Assembly: GCA_964354865.1 (NCBI GenBank) | Contig: CAYHBN010000001.1 | Location: forward strand, 488 to 64,487 | Length of the DNA stretch: 64,000 bases | Source of the DNA: an uncultured Candidatus Peribacteria bacterium | GTDB lineage: Bacteria > Patescibacteriota > Gracilibacteria > UBA1369 > UM-FILTER-53-11 | Reading direction: 5' to 3' | In this document: positions 29,701 to 38,993 of the stretch, piece by piece | Layout of the letters: the number at the start of each line of letters is the position of its first letter | How positions within the stretch are numbered: the stretch's first letter is position 1 | Notes under the pieces: generated by a model | What the model saw: the letters and a program-made list of their open reading frames with translations, nothing else | Databases searched by the model: none | What the model was told of the DNA's origin: nothing | Translations under genes and position numbers: made by a program

Positions 29701-32123
29701 TAACGTACATTTCAACAACTCCGGAAAAGAAAATTAATGGATTAGCAGCAGATGCTATTCAACAAAAAATCATTGAGAACCTTTCAAAACAAGGCAGCGA
29801 AGTGATGCAAATAAACGGTCCTGTTATTGATCTAAAATCTTCAGGAACGATTGTGTACTTACCGGGCGCCGGTACAGATGGCAAAGGCGAGTATGTTTTA
29901 TCAGATGTAACTGCAATTGATTTTTCACAGTTCGTCACAAAAAATCCTGACCAACTTGGCCAAATTAAACAAGAACTGGCTCAAAATGCCGGCATGAGTG
30001 TGAAAGAAGCAAAGCCAGGACAACTCACCTTAACTCCTTATGAAGCACACGGACAAATTGACGTTTACGCAGACCCAAGTTTGCCGAAAGATGTGTATGT
30101 TACATGGAAAAACGGCGACATGATTTTGTCGGCACCAAACAATGCAAATTTAAAAATTGCACGTTTCGATAAAACACTTCCATTACAAGATAACGGTGTC
30201 GTTGAAATATCAACGATAGTTATTACTGACAAAAATAATTTTGACTTTAATGCGATTCAACAACTTGCAACACACCGACTTACAAAATTCCCTGGGCGTG
30301 CGTGGGTAAGGAGCCGCGTGAACGAAGCACTTAATCCAAATGCGCCTACCACAAGCGCAATCGTTGACTACACCACCTTTACACAAGATATTGAACCAAC
30401 ACTGAAAGACCGTGTTCAGTCTGGCCCCGTTGACGATAAAGAATATCGAGATCGCCAAACAGAAGCCGACAAGGCACTGCTTCACGAACTTACGCGAGGG
30501 CAGGCGACCGCTCCTAATTATTCGATCGATCCACGTGTAAAGAGTTATGTTGAAAGACTTGAAAAGGAATACGACAAAGAAAAAAATCCAAAGAAGTACC
30601 CTAAAATGTTAGGAGACGAGTTACAGAAACACAAAGAAGATATTGCAGTTCTTCAAACAATTAAGGCGTACATCACCGAAGGATACGTAGTTGGAAAAAA
30701 CTTCAAACCAATCACCTCTCACGATGACATTCAGAGCCTTGAACGAGTAATTAATGTAGCGCTTGAAAAAGAAGGGCTTCCAAAAATACCTAATCATCAA
30801 GAGTTTGCCTTTGTTATTCGCCGATTTACCGATGCAACTTTCTTGCAGTTCGACGAAGAAGTAAAACCAAAAGATAGAGATGCGTTCTACAAAAAGAAGT
30901 TTGAGAACTATGACATGCCGATGTTTATCAAAGCGCTCGAAGCAGATCCTGATCCAACGCTGCGATTTACAGAAGAAGAGGGCAAGGCCGTAAGGGATTT
31001 GCTCATGGCAAACTTGAGCCGAATCGACTTTAATGCTACACCCGAAGAAATTAAAAATGGTACGTTCTTAATGCAAGATGTCGGCAATAAAATCCTCAAA
31101 ATAAAAGGTGAAGCACGCTATGTTTTCCAGAATGTTCCCGGCGCTCGCAATGAAGGAGTTTTGGGACGCATGGATATTAACACCACCGACGCGGGAATTA
31201 CAAAAAAACTCGCCCAGTATCTCATTAGAAAGAACTCTCCGTATAAAGAACGCACTGCTGTAGGAGTACAAGTCAATGAAAAAACCGATGCTCCAATTGA
31301 GAAAAAACGCGAGATGGCGCATGAATTTAGATCAATCTTTTCACAACGAGTAATGACCGTGTTGCCAGCAATGTTGACCGACGTAGAAATGCATCAGATT
31401 ACAAAATTCGTGCATGATCCAGATGGATTTGCGCTCAATCAAAAAGATCACGACGCACACCACAATACAGACGTAATGCGCTTTGATACCATTAATAAAG
31501 TGCTTGGATATTTAGACACGATTAGAGCCGCCGAACTTGCGGGACAAAAAACCGTAAAACTTTCCGAAAACTTCGAAATGCACATAATGCCAATTGCCTA
31601 TATTGGTGCGTACTCAGTTTGTACCAACTATATTAAGGCGCTTGAAGATGAACTGTTTGTGCTTGTTGGTAAAGAGACAAACACCGTACGAATTCCGCAT
31701 TGGACCGGAGCAATGACCGAACTCGCAATACTGGCCAAAACAGATGAAAAATTCAGAATCTTCGCCGTTGTACTTGGTTTGGCAGTGCCAATTCCACGAG
31801 CATCGAAAGAAGTTGGTGAGGAAGATGAAACAACGACAACCTGTGAGGGAGATGACTGTCCTAAAGAAGGCGACGGTCCAGGTGGCATTATTGGTGAAGG
31901 GGGCGATACTAGAGAAGGCGGTGGCGACTTCAGAATTAGAATTCCTCGCCTCACGTTCAAGGTTCCGAACCTCGATGAGCAGCCGAAGCCAATTGCGGGT
32001 GTACACCTCTCTGGTGGCGGCCTCAATGCAAATTTAAAAGCTATCAATACAATCTCTACAAGTGATACCGCAAGCGCAGGTCTCATTAAACCAACCGGAG
32101 ATGACGATACAAACGTAAACTAA
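26751..32123 (+). CDS. giant hypothetical protein (1790 aa)
   Basis: Uninterrupted 5.4-kb ORF. No signal peptide or TM seen. Acidic and Lys-rich N-terminal third, a Gly-rich beta-like block (28953-29285), and a Gly/Asp/Glu-rich tail containing CEGDDC. Confidence 0.8.
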   Translation: MGAQQENADRAQAVLTLENLRADQDAIPSTPPIDGNKPMAAEITTAITRAIKDKYGVYTSEAFVRENIPQAVLAQMTGDVDLYDDLNDEWDDITYANFDPKKLMFSFHEADGDLIADFNLEPVLKPFLEKNFEDKILQRRRAAQVRGYDRRRDMADAVGQLNLLPLKYNEGSNRPNVPKKEKDEVDKPAAGQAKSEGQADPKKPEGVNVPPTPPAPEKAPEVPAYEEKPSDDMLKTYEIKRQKRENVLTSTVRERPDIVLKTRAELDPAMVRDATDENPDTFDKSWRNFNNFSEMEQLMKEDYAKETGYSVNPFVVAGFNTDALKDLIKQDAIKDNTLSFDEISTRVFTDRYYQFKEVLTTYGVTEECFDLLESDVGSDVDEIDDPLDEDTLLESFQKVSKNNDRLSNVKDQGEIKDAGIRKLYPYKEQIKNVTQVLGDYCAAITTLINYLQNAKLNVGEELEDEKTLDKDHSPVAVALRELFLNNNGDHNLRRYDDELHEVLGLGENPPKAKFKDLNGNVAFVDGDWFNQKQSAETAYKLAYEAAQPPLGKNGEIPEGLDPEATKIYINHLLNIGATTIPAIKANESIGKIIEDLKEAGVTVPPDNTVIDFKNDPAMDQHNLYKALEVHRISELTEDRVSPAPKAKFKARHLLMRVGSVVYQKEQEQANRDVILDNKRKTLNLKKEQVASIMEGLKATGKFNQEELQQVEQRMLLGIMLVGNVKADNVSQVINGIGVSGGIPIDLGHDVTLTVGGAAMVGNGFGLNAGIGKKFTVEKGTTITLSGGPGINFGEKTVVGLSGNVSLTKELESCDLYVEAGTTAGFDVDNGKLFPGFNAAVGFNRTRAAVAENYKASIDTAYSDAGINKLDAMTPEARYEEVLKNPTKYPGLGDLALRLKQASTQGTTGKIMPGMNERIFADSYEAFKKEKREHSMQEAVDGVTFAGLKLGVATTVMPSPFPPFFPVSIPTPNIGVEFNLWKRKLTYISTTPEKKINGLAADAIQQKIIENLSKQGSEVMQINGPVIDLKSSGTIVYLPGAGTDGKGEYVLSDVTAIDFSQFVTKNPDQLGQIKQELAQNAGMSVKEAKPGQLTLTPYEAHGQIDVYADPSLPKDVYVTWKNGDMILSAPNNANLKIARFDKTLPLQDNGVVEISTIVITDKNNFDFNAIQQLATHRLTKFPGRAWVRSRVNEALNPNAPTTSAIVDYTTFTQDIEPTLKDRVQSGPVDDKEYRDRQTEADKALLHELTRGQATAPNYSIDPRVKSYVERLEKEYDKEKNPKKYPKMLGDELQKHKEDIAVLQTIKAYITEGYVVGKNFKPITSHDDIQSLERVINVALEKEGLPKIPNHQEFAFVIRRFTDATFLQFDEEVKPKDRDAFYKKKFENYDMPMFIKALEADPDPTLRFTEEEGKAVRDLLMANLSRIDFNATPEEIKNGTFLMQDVGNKILKIKGEARYVFQNVPGARNEGVLGRMDINTTDAGITKKLAQYLIRKNSPYKERTAVGVQVNEKTDAPIEKKREMAHEFRSIFSQRVMTVLPAMLTDVEMHQITKFVHDPDGFALNQKDHDAHHNTDVMRFDTINKVLGYLDTIRAAELAGQKTVKLSENFEMHIMPIAYIGAYSVCTNYIKALEDELFVLVGKETNTVRIPHWTGAMTELAILAKTDEKFRIFAVVLGLAVPIPRASKEVGEEDETTTTCEGDDCPKEGDGPGGIIGEGGDTREGGGDFRIRIPRLTFKVPNLDEQPKPIAGVHLSGGGLNANLKAINTISTSDTASAGLIKPTGDDDTNVN

Positions 32124-32131
32124 CTAGTACT

Positions 32132-32302
32132 ATGAAAAAATATATTATTATCGCACTAGTAGTAACAGTTCTGATAGCTGGACTCTACCTAACTATGAAA
32201 ATGATTAATGGCCAACCTAAAAGCCAGGCAAAGCTCCCAAGTACAAATAACTATGCCATGAATAAAACAGGATCAGCAGGAATAATAAAATCAAAAGAAT
32301 AA
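32132..32302 (+). CDS. small single-pass membrane protein (56 aa), below ORF-track cutoff
   Basis: ATG 32132, TAA 32300-32302: MKKYIIIALVVTVLIAGLYLTMKMINGQPKSQAKLPSTNNYAMNKTGSAGIIKSKE. It fills the gap between the two large genes. Confidence 0.45.
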   Translation: MKKYIIIALVVTVLIAGLYLTMKMINGQPKSQAKLPSTNNYAMNKTGSAGIIKSKE

Positions 32303-32322
32303 ATAAACGCAAATTAATTCAC

Positions 32323-35300
32323 ATGCTTCTCAGAAATAAAACAAAAATTCTCGTTTCACTCTCAATCATGCTCATAAGCATGTTAAGTACATCAGTTGTA
32401 TATGCTGATACTATTTATGGCCGCAGCTGTGAAATACGAGTATTCCCCTTTAATCCACAAGGACAGCTAAAAGAGTACGATGCTGCTGAGGATTTCCTGA
32501 CTCCTCCGGTCATTGATGAAGGGAACACAAATGCATGTTCACAACACCTCGATTTCACACATGCAAATGGGTACGGACCTACGGGGCCATATCATCCACA
32601 AAATCCTATTCCTCTTGAAGAAAGTACGATCAGCGAAAATGCTACCGAGATAACAGTGCCAACAGCGTATCATGAACATGCATTTTTCAATGACTACACA
32701 ATCGCACAAAATGATCGATATTATTACAAAGCAGCTTTAAATAAATTCTTGATCGTAGCATACGTAGACGATAATCAAGATGGTATAGATAACATTAAAA
32801 CAGATCATATCGTATGCGACATGCCGTTTCCACCGGACGTAAGTGCAGAAACAAAAGCTCGCATTAAACCAATAATTGAAAGTTGTAATACAAATGGGAA
32901 TCCATTGCCGATCCTCGGAGGTACAAACATTTTAAGAGAAGATACTCGATCTGACAGTGGTAAAAAAATAGTAAAAGTTACTTGGACATTCGGAATAAAT
33001 GACGACGAAGATTCACCGGCAGTATTTGCAGAAAATGTTCCAAATGATGGCGGGAATTTTACCGTTTATGATGTGACTGATGGCAATCCCGCAAGCTTAC
33101 AAGTAGATTTAACAAATGAATACAATAGAACGTTAGGCTTTAACGGAGCTGGATTTGGACTCAATCTACAGTCAGCCAACAATATTCAAGAAGATGCATG
33201 GAGTGCAACTACGGTATCGTATGCATATATTCAAAATTATCGCATTCCAAAAGCGACATACTCAGAAGAGACAGCCGGACTGGGATACGATGAAAATCAC
33301 AACGGATGGCAATTAATTCCAAATCCCGACCCATCAAAGAATCCAGAATCAAATATTAGAATGCCTGTTGGATCCCTCACTTCAATCTGGCGACAACCCA
33401 CTCCCGATATTCCAGAAACACCAACCTCAAAACTCACACTGATTAAACAAGTTCTCGATGAAAATAATGCTGTAGTAAACGACAACCCAGACCTTATTCA
33501 GTCATTCAATCTCTACGCAGAAAAAACCGACCCAGCACAAGCTGAAGCGATGAATGCAGCACCTCGAGGACGACCGGTATCTAATCCTCAAAATCAACCT
33601 GCTCGTCAAAGACGAGCACCCGTTCAACCGAAAAGATTATCACTAGGCGGAAGTATTTTCGAACTTGCTCATGACCTTGTTGGCATACCGCTCGAAATGC
33701 AAATGGCCTTCGGTGACCGCGTAAATTACAAGAGCGGTGAAACGCACGATGTCGAAGCTGACAGCACCTATACCATTGGTGAAGAACAAAAAGAGGGATA
33801 CACGTTACAGAAAATTGAATGTAAAAATAGCGCAAGAGCAGATGATACGTATGGACGTCTTGGCGCAAATCATCAAACACTTATTCCTGCGGGAATCGAT
33901 GTCACATGCCGACTTACCAACAAATCAACTGACTCTGGTGAAGAAACATGTCCAGATGGAAGCCCAATCCCAGAAAACGGAGTATGCGAAAATCCCCCAC
34001 TCGAGTGTCCTGATGGACAAGTACTTAATATTACAAGCGGACTATGTGTACCTATTATCTGTGAAGAAAATGAACACCTCGTCGGCAACGAATGTGTTCC
34101 CGATAATCCAGAAGGACCAGTCTGCGATCCTGGATATTTCTCCAATGGAGTAGAGTGCGTACCAAATATTCCAATAGAACCAATTTGTCCTCCAGGATTT
34201 GTTCAAGGCCCGCTCGGCTGTGTGCAATTTAACCCACCATCAGGTGGCGTCCCCGCTGGTAGCTTCGATAAAACGGTAAGCACGCTAAATGACGGCCCAC
34301 TCTCGGTCATTCAACAAGGAGACAGTGCAAAATATAAACTCACGTTTACAGCAACACAAAGAAATGTTGACTCAGTAACTATCAAAGATGAATCGTTTGG
34401 CTATAATAAGGATTTTTCCGCAGCGCGCGAAACAGGATTCAAAGGCAGCCTCTTTAGATTACAACCAATTTTTGATGGCAAACTCTTTAGAGTCATTAAA
34501 AAAATTCCTGGATATCCAGATAACATTATTGAGCGTTGTAATCCAATCATCAATGTATTTCCCGACGGCTCACAAAGCTGTTACACAAGCAACGATTTTG
34601 TTGCAGGCATAACTGTCAAAGATGTACGCCAAGGAACGAGCGTTTCAGTTGAATTAGTTGCTCAACTCATCAATTCAAGAATTAATCCCGCTGTGTGTGC
34701 AAACGAAATTGCACGTGGCAACACCGGATTCTGTGGCGAACAATTCCACAACATTGCGAGTGCAGTCGACAGCGAGGGGCGTAATTATTCAGATTTTGCA
34801 GACCTCTTTACGCCATGCCCATATTTGCTTACACGTGGTTTGGGCGACATTATTCTTGAACAAGGATTTACCTACGGCAGCGACATTACCGCATGTTTTT
34901 CATTGCCGAATATTGAAGGCGAAATTATTGAACCTTTATTCCCTATCGAAGAAGAAGAAATTGTAAAAGGAGGTAAAGAAGCACCATCGCCAGCACCGCT
35001 CATTCCTTCAAACTTACTTTGTAAAAATAGTAATAAAGACGGTGGCGCTGTTTCTCAATACAGCAATCCAATCAAAAATCTTTCAAGTGGATTATGTGAG
35101 TTACAGCAATCAATTTCACAAAGCCTCACGTCAGATGCAATTCGTCAAGCAATCAGTGATAATATTGTGAGGTTTACCAGGGAGAATGCGAACTTGAATA
35201 TTGCTACCATTAGAGGTGAAGATATTAATGAAGTAAATACTGTCACCCTAAGTAATCAAAATTATAAAGTGTATAAAACAAATAATGCCCTTGAAGTAAA

Positions 35301-35763
35301 AAATGTATCACCGGTGAAAGAAGGATCACGAACCTTCATCATTCAAGGCAAAGACCTTACTATTTCGAGCAACATAGTCTTCGACGAACAAGTTGTGCGC
35401 AACGCTTCATTCAAAGAGACCCCTTCAATCGCATTCATCGTTATCGGTGGCGACATAAAAATTGCACCGAATGTCACTCACCTCGATGGTGTGTATGTAT
35501 CGATCAAAGATCCTAAAAAACCAAATGGCCCAGGAGGACAAATTACTGGCACTGGCGCGGCTGATTTAGGGGTTTCGTCACTCGAATTCAACGGCGCAAT
35601 CGTGGGCGACATTGAACCACTCTTTAAGTCTCGCACCTTCGCCGGTGACGCAAAAAAGAATCAAGGAACAATCGTTATAAATTACGGCGCATGGTTGTAC
35701 TACAACTTGCCACCCGTCTTGCGCGACTTGGTAAATCTTCAGCAAGAGCAAATGGCGCGGTAA
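32323..35763 (+). CDS. large secreted protein with Cys-pair mini-repeats (1146 aa)
   Basis: Signal peptide MLLRNKTKILVSLSIMLISMLSTSVVYA/DT. Five tandem C-x10-12-C units (33949-34221). TLIKQV...YTIGEEQKEGYTLQKIEC resembles prealbumin-fold surface domains. Confidence 0.8.
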   Translation: MLLRNKTKILVSLSIMLISMLSTSVVYADTIYGRSCEIRVFPFNPQGQLKEYDAAEDFLTPPVIDEGNTNACSQHLDFTHANGYGPTGPYHPQNPIPLEESTISENATEITVPTAYHEHAFFNDYTIAQNDRYYYKAALNKFLIVAYVDDNQDGIDNIKTDHIVCDMPFPPDVSAETKARIKPIIESCNTNGNPLPILGGTNILREDTRSDSGKKIVKVTWTFGINDDEDSPAVFAENVPNDGGNFTVYDVTDGNPASLQVDLTNEYNRTLGFNGAGFGLNLQSANNIQEDAWSATTVSYAYIQNYRIPKATYSEETAGLGYDENHNGWQLIPNPDPSKNPESNIRMPVGSLTSIWRQPTPDIPETPTSKLTLIKQVLDENNAVVNDNPDLIQSFNLYAEKTDPAQAEAMNAAPRGRPVSNPQNQPARQRRAPVQPKRLSLGGSIFELAHDLVGIPLEMQMAFGDRVNYKSGETHDVEADSTYTIGEEQKEGYTLQKIECKNSARADDTYGRLGANHQTLIPAGIDVTCRLTNKSTDSGEETCPDGSPIPENGVCENPPLECPDGQVLNITSGLCVPIICEENEHLVGNECVPDNPEGPVCDPGYFSNGVECVPNIPIEPICPPGFVQGPLGCVQFNPPSGGVPAGSFDKTVSTLNDGPLSVIQQGDSAKYKLTFTATQRNVDSVTIKDESFGYNKDFSAARETGFKGSLFRLQPIFDGKLFRVIKKIPGYPDNIIERCNPIINVFPDGSQSCYTSNDFVAGITVKDVRQGTSVSVELVAQLINSRINPAVCANEIARGNTGFCGEQFHNIASAVDSEGRNYSDFADLFTPCPYLLTRGLGDIILEQGFTYGSDITACFSLPNIEGEIIEPLFPIEEEEIVKGGKEAPSPAPLIPSNLLCKNSNKDGGAVSQYSNPIKNLSSGLCELQQSISQSLTSDAIRQAISDNIVRFTRENANLNIATIRGEDINEVNTVTLSNQNYKVYKTNNALEVKNVSPVKEGSRTFIIQGKDLTISSNIVFDEQVVRNASFKETPSIAFIVIGGDIKIAPNVTHLDGVYVSIKDPKKPNGPGGQITGTGAADLGVSSLEFNGAIVGDIEPLFKSRTFAGDAKKNQGTIVINYGAWLYYNLPPVLRDLVNLQQEQMAR

Positions 35764-35856
35764 TGGCTTGCCGTCATTTCAAAAATGTCCTTGCATCCGT
35801 ATTATTTACGTTTTGCTATAACTACTTTGAAACTGTGCGCTTTGACTAACTCAACC

Positions 35857-36870
35857 TCACTCGCGCATTTTATTTCGCCGCATCTCCGATGCTTTAACAT
35901 CGACCGCATGTGCAATTTGGTGATGAGGGTCGCACAGTGGGGCTAGGTAACGAGGATCGTGTGAATGGCTAATTGAAAATCGATTTGTATGGTGAATAAC
36001 TTTCGCTATATTTTTGCAAAATGGAATTGAGCACATTTCCCCGTGTTCATCTTTCAATAGGCGTTCAGTTGCGACGGGAATATAATGAGAAATTGGTTTT
36101 CCTTCGACAATTTGCTCGATTAATTTCTGCTCAGCTTTCTCTACTTGCACCGCTGTTCTCTGCTCTAAATCCTTTTTTCGTTTTTCAAGCGCCTCTAAAA
36201 TGATTTGATCAATGTTAATTCCTTTTTCTTGCAGTTCGTTGAGTTGTTTCTTCACTTCGTCGCCCAAAATTGGGGTTTTAATGTATGTGATGAGTTGTGC
36301 GGGTTTTGTAGAATTTATGGAGTCATCGATCTGCCCGGGCAGACATTTTGCCTCGGTTTCTGGCTTAGGAAAACCATCTTGATTTTGACCGCTTGCCGCA
36401 TCGGTGTTTTGGTTTGTAAAAAGTCCTTCTTCTATTTCGTTATTCAACTGCGCACTTTGTGCAATGCGATTTTTTTTAATCAAATAATCTCTGACAAAAA
36501 CATCGAGCGCGGCTTTCGATAAAATAAGTACTTTTTCGGCAAGTTCAACCTGATTTTCGACCGTTGCGATCGAGACGACTCGTGACAATTTATTAACACT
36601 CGCGAGCCCTTCAACTAAAATTCCTCTCAATTGTGGCATATTCTCGAATCGATTATCGAGGTTTATCACTAATCTCACTTGTTCTTTGCTCACTCCCGCA
36701 ATCACCGCTGCAAAGTGAAAAAGTGATACAAACTTTTTTGTTTCGTACAGGCGACGCGCGTTTACTTCTGGCAAAAGACCGATGAATTTGTTTCGCGCCA
36801 AAAGTGCCTCACGTCCAAATTTCCGGCACATTTCGTACAACTGACCGTCTGAAATTGTTTGAATATTCAT
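35857..36870 (-). CDS. HNH-type nuclease domain protein (paralogue B)
   Basis: Start at ATG 36870 (MNIQTISDGQLYEMCRKFG), aligned with paralogue A. C-terminal CSIPFCKNIAKVIHHTNRFSISHSHDPRYLAPLCDPHHQIAHA. Confidence 0.75.
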   Translation of the reverse strand: MNIQTISDGQLYEMCRKFGREALLARNKFIGLLPEVNARRLYETKKFVSLFHFAAVIAGVSKEQVRLVINLDNRFENMPQLRGILVEGLASVNKLSRVVSIATVENQVELAEKVLILSKAALDVFVRDYLIKKNRIAQSAQLNNEIEEGLFTNQNTDAASGQNQDGFPKPETEAKCLPGQIDDSINSTKPAQLITYIKTPILGDEVKKQLNELQEKGINIDQIILEALEKRKKDLEQRTAVQVEKAEQKLIEQIVEGKPISHYIPVATERLLKDEHGEMCSIPFCKNIAKVIHHTNRFSISHSHDPRYLAPLCDPHHQIAHAVDVKASEMRRNKMRE

Positions 36871-37030
36871 AACACAATATTTGTTAAAAAAATACAACCT
36901 ACCGACGAACCAATTATGGCCACTACAAGCCAAAATGTCACGCTTTCCGACTTGCAAATCAGAGCGGAATATTTCAAAAAGTGCATACTCACAAACCATG
37001 CACTCTGCAATATATTTCAAAAAAGTAAAA
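35857..37030. repeat. copy B of the diverged ~1.2-kb inverted repeat
   Basis: The reverse complement aligns with 19785-20954, including the upstream non-coding blocks. Confidence 0.7.
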
Positions 37031-37187
37031 CACCAACGCTGCATAACATTATCGCTCAATATTTCTCAATAAAACGCAAACGCCATAGCAAAACGTTCCC
37101 GGGAACAACAGACCTCGAAAATTTCGAGTTAAAATCCCAAAATCCACTCACCTCCCACCCCTCCCCTTTTTCTGCTAAACTCGCTGC

Positions 37188-38156
37188 ATGCCAGCTTTCT
37201 TTTTCTACGGCGACGACACTCACAGCTTGAGCCAAAAAATCTCGTTTTGGAAAATTGAATTTGAAAAAAAATATGGAGATTTAAATACCGCATTTTACGA
37301 AGGATCACAGTACAAACCGGCCGAAATAATCGACGCCGCAAGTTCAGTTCCCTTTTTAGCAGACAAACGATTAGTGATTGTAAAAAACGCACTGAATGAA
37401 TTTGAATCAGAAGAGCTCGAACCACTTGGCACATTTTTGCCAAACATCCCCGACTCGACCGTAGTCATTTTTGCCGAACTTCGTGGCGTCGACAAACGTC
37501 TTTCTCTCTACAAAAAACTCATCAAAAACGCGCAGTGTACAGAGTTTAAAAAAATCGAAGGGGGTGCACTTAAACTGTGGATTTCGCAACAAGCGCACAA
37601 AGTAGGCGGCGAGATCGAGTCAAATGCATGCCAGCACCTTGCCGACATCGTTGGTGGCGATTTATTCCGCCTCGAAAATGAAATTGTGAAACTCGTTAAT
37701 TACGCAGCCAACCGCCCCGTGACGGTGAAAGATGTCGATAAAATGGTCGTGAGCACACTTACCACAAGCATCTTTAAACTTACCGACGCGCTCTCGCAAA
37801 AAAACAATAAAAATGCGCTCAACGAACTTCACACGCTCATCGAAAGTGGCGAAGCTATGCATGGAATCCTCTCTATGATCATGCGCCAATTTAGAATTAT
37901 TACCGAAATTAAAGATTTGTCCGATCGCAAAAAATCACGCGAAGAAATTGTGAGTGTAACAAAAGAACATCCGTTTGTAGTTTCAAACACGCTCAACCAA
38001 ACACGGAATTTCACTATGCCACAGCTCAAAAAAGCATACGATCTGCTGCTCGACATTGATACGCGCCTTAAAACTGGTGGCATAAAAATTACCACCGGCG
38101 ATAACCGAGAATTTGTTTTAGCGCTCGATCGATTGGTCGTCGATTTGTGCCGGTAG
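37188..38156 (+). CDS. holA: DNA polymerase III delta subunit
   Basis: 322 aa. N-terminal FFFYGDDTHSL, and a size and helical C-terminal half typical of HolA. No strict motif exists for this family. Confidence 0.7.
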   Translation: MPAFFFYGDDTHSLSQKISFWKIEFEKKYGDLNTAFYEGSQYKPAEIIDAASSVPFLADKRLVIVKNALNEFESEELEPLGTFLPNIPDSTVVIFAELRGVDKRLSLYKKLIKNAQCTEFKKIEGGALKLWISQQAHKVGGEIESNACQHLADIVGGDLFRLENEIVKLVNYAANRPVTVKDVDKMVVSTLTTSIFKLTDALSQKNNKNALNELHTLIESGEAMHGILSMIMRQFRIITEIKDLSDRKKSREEIVSVTKEHPFVVSNTLNQTRNFTMPQLKKAYDLLLDIDTRLKTGGIKITTGDNREFVLALDRLVVDLCR

Positions 38157-38352
38157 TGATACGCAGTGTCACATTTGTCCCCGCTGCTCCTCTATTTCAT
38201 CTAACTCAACTGAGTCTGCCAAAATATCGATGACTAAGAGGGATATCTTTAAGATGGCGTGGGGTTTTTCAGGTAGAAATAAGTAAAAGAAACGACGGTT
38301 GACAATATACGCATATTAGTTCATATTAGTACCTTTTAATATACATAGGTAT

Positions 38353-38988
38353 ATGGGTATCGATACAGTAGTAAGGCGAAATGCTCACGAAATTCTGGTT
38401 ATTAACGGCGTAGATGATTTAGGTGGTTATGATAGCCGAATTATCAAAAATATTTTTATTGAGATTAGACGCGCAATTAAAAGACAGAAATTAGTATTCT
38501 TTTCTCCATGCGAAAGCTTAGAATCGTGGGACGATAGGGTGGGTAAACATTTAGAAATAAGCCAAGACAAGAAATTCCGTGATTTAGTGAATGAAGTTAA
38601 AATTGGAGAATACAATAGGCTAGTACGCTGTATAGATACGATAGAGAATTTTGGAGATTATTTGAGGAATCTTGATAATTATGGAAAGTTAGTATTTAGA
38701 GTTGGAGGATCAACCTGCACAGTGGCAATGCCAACCTATTACGTCACTTCACTGAATGGAGCATCAAGAGAAGGATACACGGTATTATCGTCTTGTGTTC
38801 CACATGCATGTTATGAAATACAGCGTTGCTTAAATGAAAATGGTGTTATAGATAATTTAGGACCAATTTACCTTGATCCCAAAATAAGCACGGGCGAATT
38901 TGGTATAACCCGAAGTGATGCAGAAACCGGACTTTTTAGATACGAAGGAAACTTAAGAGGCAGAAATGTATTCACCTTTGAACAATAA
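38353..38988 (+). CDS. hypothetical protein, compositionally atypical (A/T-rich codons)
   Basis: 211 aa. Visibly richer in ATA/AGA/AGG/TTA codons than its neighbours. Preceded by TTGACA (38309-38314) and an A/T-rich leader. No family recognised. Confidence 0.55.
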   Translation: MGIDTVVRRNAHEILVINGVDDLGGYDSRIIKNIFIEIRRAIKRQKLVFFSPCESLESWDDRVGKHLEISQDKKFRDLVNEVKIGEYNRLVRCIDTIENFGDYLRNLDNYGKLVFRVGGSTCTVAMPTYYVTSLNGASREGYTVLSSCVPHACYEIQRCLNENGVIDNLGPIYLDPKISTGEFGITRSDAETGLFRYEGNLRGRNVFTFEQ

Positions 38989-38993
38989 TCTTT

